Source: the human T2T-CHM13v2.0 reference genome, Homo sapiens. From it: DNA of 64,000 bases. The notes beneath the pieces are model-generated. The model did no database searches, was not told the origin of the DNA, and saw nothing but the letters and a program-made list of their open reading frames with translations. Of the stretch, positions 57,191 to 64,000 are shown piece by piece; the stretch's first letter is position 1, and each line of letters begins with the position of its first letter. A program made the position numbers and the translations under genes. The DNA lies in NCBI RefSeq assembly GCF_009914755.1, contig NC_060926.1; one strand, written 5' to 3'.

Positions 57191-60100
57191 AATAATAACA
57201 GATTATTTATCTTCTGATCCAATCACCCCGCTCTGGCCAAATTCATTCTAAAATATAATACTTTTTTTATATACACCTCCAATTTTTGCAGTTATAATAT
57301 ATGTAGACATCTTTCTATATATGTGCACACTTAAGTCTTCCTGCAGAAGAGACATTGAGAAGTGTACAAAGTTATTTTAAAATAAAGAATTTATAGGAGA
57401 CAATATTCCTTCGTTGATTTCTATGATTTCCCAGTATTTTTTCTTCTGAAGAAATATTTATTTACCTTTGGACTCATGACTGGCATGTATTCAGAAACTT
57501 TCTAAATAACAAAGGGTATCTTTTCAGGATTTTAAGAGTTTTAATGGTTGAAACTTGCAATCTTCATTGGGACTCCAACTTTTCCAAATCAATGTCATTT
57601 ATAACATTAAAATCTCAAACTAAAAGTTACAAATGAAAGTTATTGGACTACTCATTCCAAATGGGTAGATGTCACTGAGTTGAGTGAAATATTTTCTCCC
57701 TGGGTGATTTCACCTAGTCTCATGTCAGTAAATATCAGGTTTAGACTGTCCACCTCCAAATTTTAGTGTTAGTATAGGTATCTCTCCTAATATCCAGATT
57801 TCACCTAACTAGGCTGTACTATTTTTGAATTATGGTATAAACCAATTAGAATATAAACAGATAAAAAACCCTGAATGTTTCCCACTCATCTTTACTTCCA
57901 CTAGACTACAGCACAGTAAAAGACACAATAATAGACCATTTTATATGATATGCTAAGCAGAAATATTTAAAATGAAAATTGCCTGAGGAATCTTTCTACC
58001 AAATTCCTTCACTTCAGTGATTTAAAGAGCTTCTAAGCTTTAATATCATTCCAACACCATCTAAAGTGACATTTCCTAATCTTGGCTTACAATCCTCTTT
58101 GTCATTTTGGCTCTTGCAAATCTCAGAACTTAATCTCTGATTTTGCCAAAGACTACTCTGCAGCTGGATTCTGCTACAGCCGAGAGACCAGATGCAAGAA
58201 GACATCCTGGCAGGTCTCATATTGGTTGGCTACAGAATCGATATTCTTTTCTGTAATGTTTTATTGCATACAGAAGTGTTTGTTCTTTCCTCTCTTTTGT
58301 GAGACAATTACTGCATTTTTGTACTTTGGATTGTTGCTTAAATATTAATATTGATACTGGATTCTTCAGTGACTTTCTTCATACATATTTTAGTGAATGG
58401 ATAATAACTACCTCATAAGGTAATGATGAGGATTATAGATAAATTAGATTCTGAATGTTACATTCTTCCTGAAATGATACAGTGCTTATATTTGTTACCT
58501 CAGAATTCATTTAGTAAATTCGTCTGAACTAACTTTACTAGTCAATTTCAGTGTAGTGAACAGCCCTGAAAATAAATAAATAAACAAACTTAAATACTAT
58601 ATCTCTTTCTTTGACGAGACTTACAGTTTAATAATCCATTAAATTGCATTAAATATCATCTCTTACATGCACTATCTAGTGAGCCCCTCCCAACAAATCA
58701 GTGAGGTGGACAAAACTCATTTCCCTTTATTGTTTAAAAATAGCAATTACTTACAAAAGATGTCAAATATAACATTACGTTTATATAGTATTAGAATATT
58801 GTATTTCTATGAAATAGATCTGTGCTTTATCTACGAGAGAAGACATACTTTATAAAAGAAAAATCAATTTTCACTTGAAGAAAGAATATTTAACATATGA
58901 ATAATCTAAACAAGATTGCACTGTCGAAAAGGAAAAATAACAAAAATAAAACCCCTTTGTTTTATTTTAGTATTTATCAGTTCTATATCCCATATCTAAC
59001 TTGATCATGATGGCATTTATGCCCAACACTAAGTAAATTATTTATCTTTATGTTTCCAATCAGGGATTTAAACTGAACAGTTACCTGTTAAAACACTAGT
59101 TTATTCATCATATGACCCTGAGTAAATTGCATACTTTCTCTGCTCATTAATATGTACTTTTACATTTTTTGAAGTATATCTTTGGAAATGAAGATAATCA
59201 TTTCCAACGTAGAAAAATGTTACGGTTTACACAAAGCACCTGGTAAATTATAGTCACTCGATTCATATTTTTCCTAATTTATTCACTTCTCTCCCTCTCT
59301 TCACCCTCACTCCAAATATACAATGCATTTGTTTTGTATTTTGAGCTCCAAAGAGGAAGCTTATTATGCAAAGAAGTGAAATTTTGTGATAATCAGATGG
59401 GCACTATTTTGTTTAAACAACCTTTATGATAATGCAGGAAATGTATTTAATGGCAAAGCAATCAATAACTTTAATATAAAAACTTTCAGACATTTCAATC
59501 CTACTGACTACATTCTGATAGCCAAAAATAAGAATAATGATTAGAAAAATATTTTTTATATATCCTGTGTCTCAAACCTGGTACATAGATACAAAACTTC
59601 TAGATCCAAGAGTTATATTTATATGAACTGCAAATGATAGAAATATTGACTTGGATTTGTGTCACTTCTGAACCATCTATGCGAATTGAGTAAACTGGCA
59701 GTCTCCATTCGCATATTCTGTAACTTAAAGTCTGATTTTAGAGACACATAATCCTTACAAGAGTTTACCAGTGTTGATTTGGTGATGAGTCACTACGATT
59801 GGCGAAACCTAATAATATCCCTCAAGGATCTGGTAAAATGCTCACCCGCTCAAGCCCCAAAACAAGTAAGTAAATAAACAAAGTGATCTTCAGATAGAAA
59901 GGACTACTAATTTATAACAACAACAAAACAATAAGCTAAAATTTCCACTGAAGTATAAGTTTTGAAGGCAGAACAGTCCAAGGCTAGAGACAAGAGACTT
60001 GAGAGAGTACACAGAGGAGGGAGCTATGGCTATCTATGCTCTGCATTCTAATTGGCAGTCTCCTCCCACTGCTCTGAAAAACTCAGATAAGCTTGTAAAG

Positions 60101-61482
60101 CTTCCAACACTCCTTAAGAGGCAAAATCTCACCCCACTGAAAATCATAGCCACCATTATAATCTCTGTCTTAATTCATGCCTCTGAGTCTGTTTAGGTGA
60201 GGCTAGGTATTTACTACGTTGTCTCAAAGAAATTTGCATAGATGCTTCTCTATGCAAGTTCACTAGAGATGAAATATCTGACAGTGTTCATAATAAATGG
60301 TTACTATTGATAATATTTAATTAAATTTTCTTCTTTATTGTATAATTTATTTAAATGAAAAAAGTGCCTCTCTGATGATTATGAAATCCCACTCCATTAT
60401 TATACTGTATTTTTCAGTAAATCGTATATTTGAAGTAAAAATACCAAAGGAAATTATGTAGAAGTATCCCTAAACATTTAAAGTAATCCAGGAAACATTA
60501 AAAAAAAAACCCAAATATATAAAATGTCTTTTTTCATTTATGAACTACTCATATGTGTAATTATTTTACCAACATATTTTATTTTGGAAAGTAGAGCCAA
60601 AGAACAGAAACTTAAAAAAAAAAGTGATAGTTATTATATTCCATTCATTAAGCATGGTCTTTGTACATTTCCTCTTATTAATCAATCCACACATAAAATT
60701 ATTAACAAATGAAACAGCTCCAGGCTTTAATGCAAACTAAGAAAATTAATTTTAAGCAATAAAATTCCAGTAAATATAATATTTATTGAGTTCTTACTAT
60801 GAACAAACACGGTGATAATGCCAAAAATAAATAAGACATGCTTCCTGACTAATTAAAATATATTTTTATATTCAGATGAAAAGATATTGGAAAACTATCA
60901 AAACTTAGGAAAATAATTGTTATAGACTTAATGTCAATATTAATTGTTTTGTTCAGACTAAAAACTGAAAGAAATGCACCTCTGAATGACATCAACCGTG
61001 TAAATGGGAGTTCTATCACTCATGAGAAGCTTCTTTTAACCTTCTCAAGGAAGATTTTACAGCTGTATGTATTGTCTTCTTGTCTGACTATACTAGATAG
61101 AGTCTCTGGCCAGGCCCCTTCCTTCACCGGCAGCCACAAGTAACACTTGCATAAATAGCCACTACCCAATTCTAAGATTTGTGGCAAGATGTGATGAACC
61201 ATTGACCAGTTTCTCAGAACTCATCTCATATCAGACTCAAGATTTAAGCCTGCCTGAGGCATACTTCTGTACAACCAAAGGGTTCCCCAAGTCCTTTCTA
61301 GTAGGAATCAAGAGGGAAGTGGAATGGGGGAAAGAATGGCTGTTTTTCTCAGTGAGCCTTGTGGAATTTTTTACTATTTAAGCTGCACGTGGCTCTATAA
61401 GCTCTATAGCTTTGCTGAAAGAGACACCTTTAAAAAATCAACAATAATTTAAATATATTTAATTATTCTTCTAACATGCTTG

Positions 61483-62027
61483 TGTGAAAGGAAAATAAAT
61501 CTTGGGACCTCAAAATCGCTAAGCTAAAGGGAAAAGTCAAGCTGGGAACGGCTTAGGGCAAACTTGCCTCCCTTTCTATTCAAAGTCACCCTTCTGAGGT
61601 TCACCTGAGACAAATGCATATCTGATTGCTTCCTCTCTCCTGTTGTTTATTTAAAAATACAGATTCATTGAGCCAGGCTAAATTGTGTATTCAGTGCAAG
61701 GCTGACGAAGGAATCTACCAAAGAATGCAACCAAAGAATGAAATGTTTTGTCTCTTATCTACTTATCTCCTTTTGTCTCTACTTCTAAACTGGAAGCCCC
61801 TACTTCCAGTTGTCCTGGTCTTACCAGACTGAACCAATGTACATCTTACACATGTTGATGGATGTCTCATATCTCTCTAAAATGTATAAAAGCAAACTCC
61901 ACCCCCTGATCACCTTGGGCACATGTCTCAGAACTTACTCAGGCTGTGTCATAAATGTGTCCTCAACCATGGCAAAATAAACCGTCGTAAACTGATGGAG
62001 ACCTGTCTCAGATATTTGGGATTCACA
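61483..62027 (+). mobile_element. MER4A1-like ERV1 solo LTR
   Basis: TGTGAAAGGAAAATAAATCTTGGGAC...GGGAAAAGTCAAGCTGGGAAC start; TATAAAA and AATAAA present; ends ATTCACA; 4-bp TSD CTTG/CGTG. Confidence 0.9.
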
Positions 62028-62358
62028 CGTGTAAGAGTTTAATCTTACCCTGTGATTCGAATCTAGTTCCTCATACAAGGGCTCATAGGAGAAAAGTATG
62101 TATTTTATTTATTAAATTGCTTTGTCAAGATAAATGAATCATCCATTCATTTGTGTTATAATGCACCATCACAAGTGACTTCAGAGGGAAAGGAATGCAG
62201 TGATTTAAGATAAACTCTAATCACAGACAGATGAATGTTCAAATTCTTTCTTTAACAACTACAAGTTGCATAATCCTAAGTTACTTAAACATGATGAACT
62301 TCAATTTGATTTTCTGTAAAAACAACAACATATTATTTGCTTCAAAAGGTTTTGTAAG

Positions 62359-62701
62359 TGGCAAAAAAAAAAAATTTGAACTCATTGAGATAGAGAGTAG
62401 AATGATGGTTACCAGAAGCTGGAAGGGTAGTGGGAAGGGAGGAAATAAGAAATGGTTAATGGTACAAAAATAGAGTTTGGCGGAAAGAATGAGATCTAGC
62501 ACTTGGTAGTACAATAAGGAGACTATAGTTAACGATAACTTATTGTATATTTCAAAACAACTAAAGAGTGTTATTAGAATGCTCCTAACACAAATAAATG
62601 ATAAATGTTTCAGGTGATGGATACCCCAGTTGCTTCGATTTGATCATTACACATCGTACGCTTGTATCAAAATATCACATGTACTTCATAAATATGGACA
62701 A
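62359..62701 (+). mobile_element. L1MA3/4-like 3'UTR insertion, apparently within a MIR
   Basis: GAACTCATTGAGATAGAGAGTAGAATGATGGTTACCAGA...GGTGATGGATACCCC. TSD AAAAGGTTTTGTAAG (62344-58) / AAATGGCTTTGTAAG (62702-16). Confidence 0.9.
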
Positions 62702-63648
62702 AAATGGCTTTGTAAGAATTAAATTGTGTTTAAATCTTTTAGTTGATATATGACACAATATTTTGTCTGGACCTGCTTCCTCTTCTTTAGAATACACCTG
62801 CTATTGTTTTTGTACATGCCTTTTATCTTTAGTACATGCCTGTTATTATTGTTCTTTCCATTCCTTCTAAATATCCTTAAGGTACATTTTTGAAGTAGTA
62901 TTAAGGTATTTACTTAGATTTATACAAATTTTAGTTAGCATGGATTTATTTCCTAAATTCTGAAAACAAGGCATTAACAAGGAACTGACCTAGGCCAAGT
63001 TCAAATAACTTCTGCAAGCATGGCAATAACTTTCAAAAACTTAAATCTTTTGTTCACTTCCTGAGTCTATTACATTGTTCCTGTAAAAGTAAATAACATG
63101 TAAAATTTTATGTTAAAAAGGTTATTTGTGTCTACTTTGTATTATGTATGGGGCAAGAGGTGATTTACAGACCAAAAAATTATCATTTTTCAAAACGTTA
63201 ACAGAAGTTTCTGGAAGAGAGAACAACTCTAGATAAATATTGTATCATATATTTTAGTAGAGATTCTGTCTTCTTCAGTGGTTTTCATCCTTGCTTTCAC
63301 ATTGGATTCACTTTGACAGCTTCAAAAATGCTGATGTTGTTTTTTCATCATCCAGAATTTCTTGTTCTGTCAGCCTAGTACATGTCCTGGACATTGGGCT
63401 GTTTAATACTTTTTTAGCTGATTTTAAGCTGTACCCAATTTTGAAAGTATCAGCCTCCCCCTTTAAGTTGCATGCCATTTCAACAAGTGTTAAAATATTC
63501 GGGATTCTGAAAATCCCTAAGTCTTCACACTCTGAAATGTCACTTTATTTATTTATGGACAGCTTCATCATATAGTTGGGGAGAAAGCATACGGAAATCA
63601 AGCACTAAATATTTTCATGCATATGCCAATAAATGTATGTATAGAGAG

Positions 63649-64000
63649 TGTTAAAGCAAACTAAATATGGCCTAAGAAGGATTGCATACTCCTATTTTTG
63701 AGCCCTTGTGGATGAACTGTAAGTAACCTAGCTTAATAGGCAGACAAGATTGAAAACCTAACTTAGTAGTATGCACCCGTAACAATAGCTAGGTCTCGGC
63801 CAATCCAAGCAGCCATACTTCAACCATTCATACACTACTGAGTGTTCAAACTGTGTTCAAATAAGGCATACGACAAGCTGTAACCAATCCAGCCATTCTG
63901 TACCTTGCTTCCAATTTCTGTAAATCATTTCCCTTTTTGTTTTTTTTTTGTCTATAAATCTTCTTCCACTATGTAGCTGTGCTGGAGTCTCTGCGAATCT
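63649..64000 (+). mobile_element. MER57A1-like ERV1 LTR, cut by the window end
   Basis: TGTTAAAGCAAACTAAATATGGCCT...TGTTCAAATAAGGC...GCTGTAACCAATCCAGC. Confidence 0.85.

Noticed and set aside
60233-60256. Small hairpins (TTGCATAGA/TCTATGCAA; similar ones near 49222 and 50272)
   Set aside because: Stems of 8-11 bp are expected by chance in 64 kb.
63250-63600. Minus-strand sequence with a coding-like look (LTEQEILDDEK)
   Set aside because: Interrupted by stops with no clear splice sites. It may be an ancient transposase remnant, but I cannot support that without a search.

Overview
AT-rich primate genomic DNA, probably human or another great ape, since it carries L1PA2/L1PA3-type and AluS-type insertions. 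I found no host protein-coding exon, RNA gene or CRISPR array, so it reads as gene desert or deep intron. Much of it is transposon debris: three young 5'-truncated L1PA copies with TSDs, a near full-length L1MA, internally deleted L1MA/L1MB copies, five Alus, MaLR/ERVL/ERV1 LTRs (THE1D plus internal, MSTA, MLT1, MLT2A1, MER4A1, MER57A1), MER2, MIR and L2. All recognisable long ORFs are L1 ORF2 or MaLR remnants. I cannot support a new biological system. The strongest observations are: (1) all three independently inserted young L1s carry the same TAT>TAG nonsense change in ORF2; (2) two back-to-back near-perfect ~75 bp palindromes at 13.2-13.3 kb, plus other template-switch-like scars; (3) a THE1D provirus whose 5' LTR is missing while the TSD appears kept; (4) two candidate regulatory motif clusters in unique sequence. 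Subfamily names come from recalled consensus sequences, and boundaries of old repeats are approximate.
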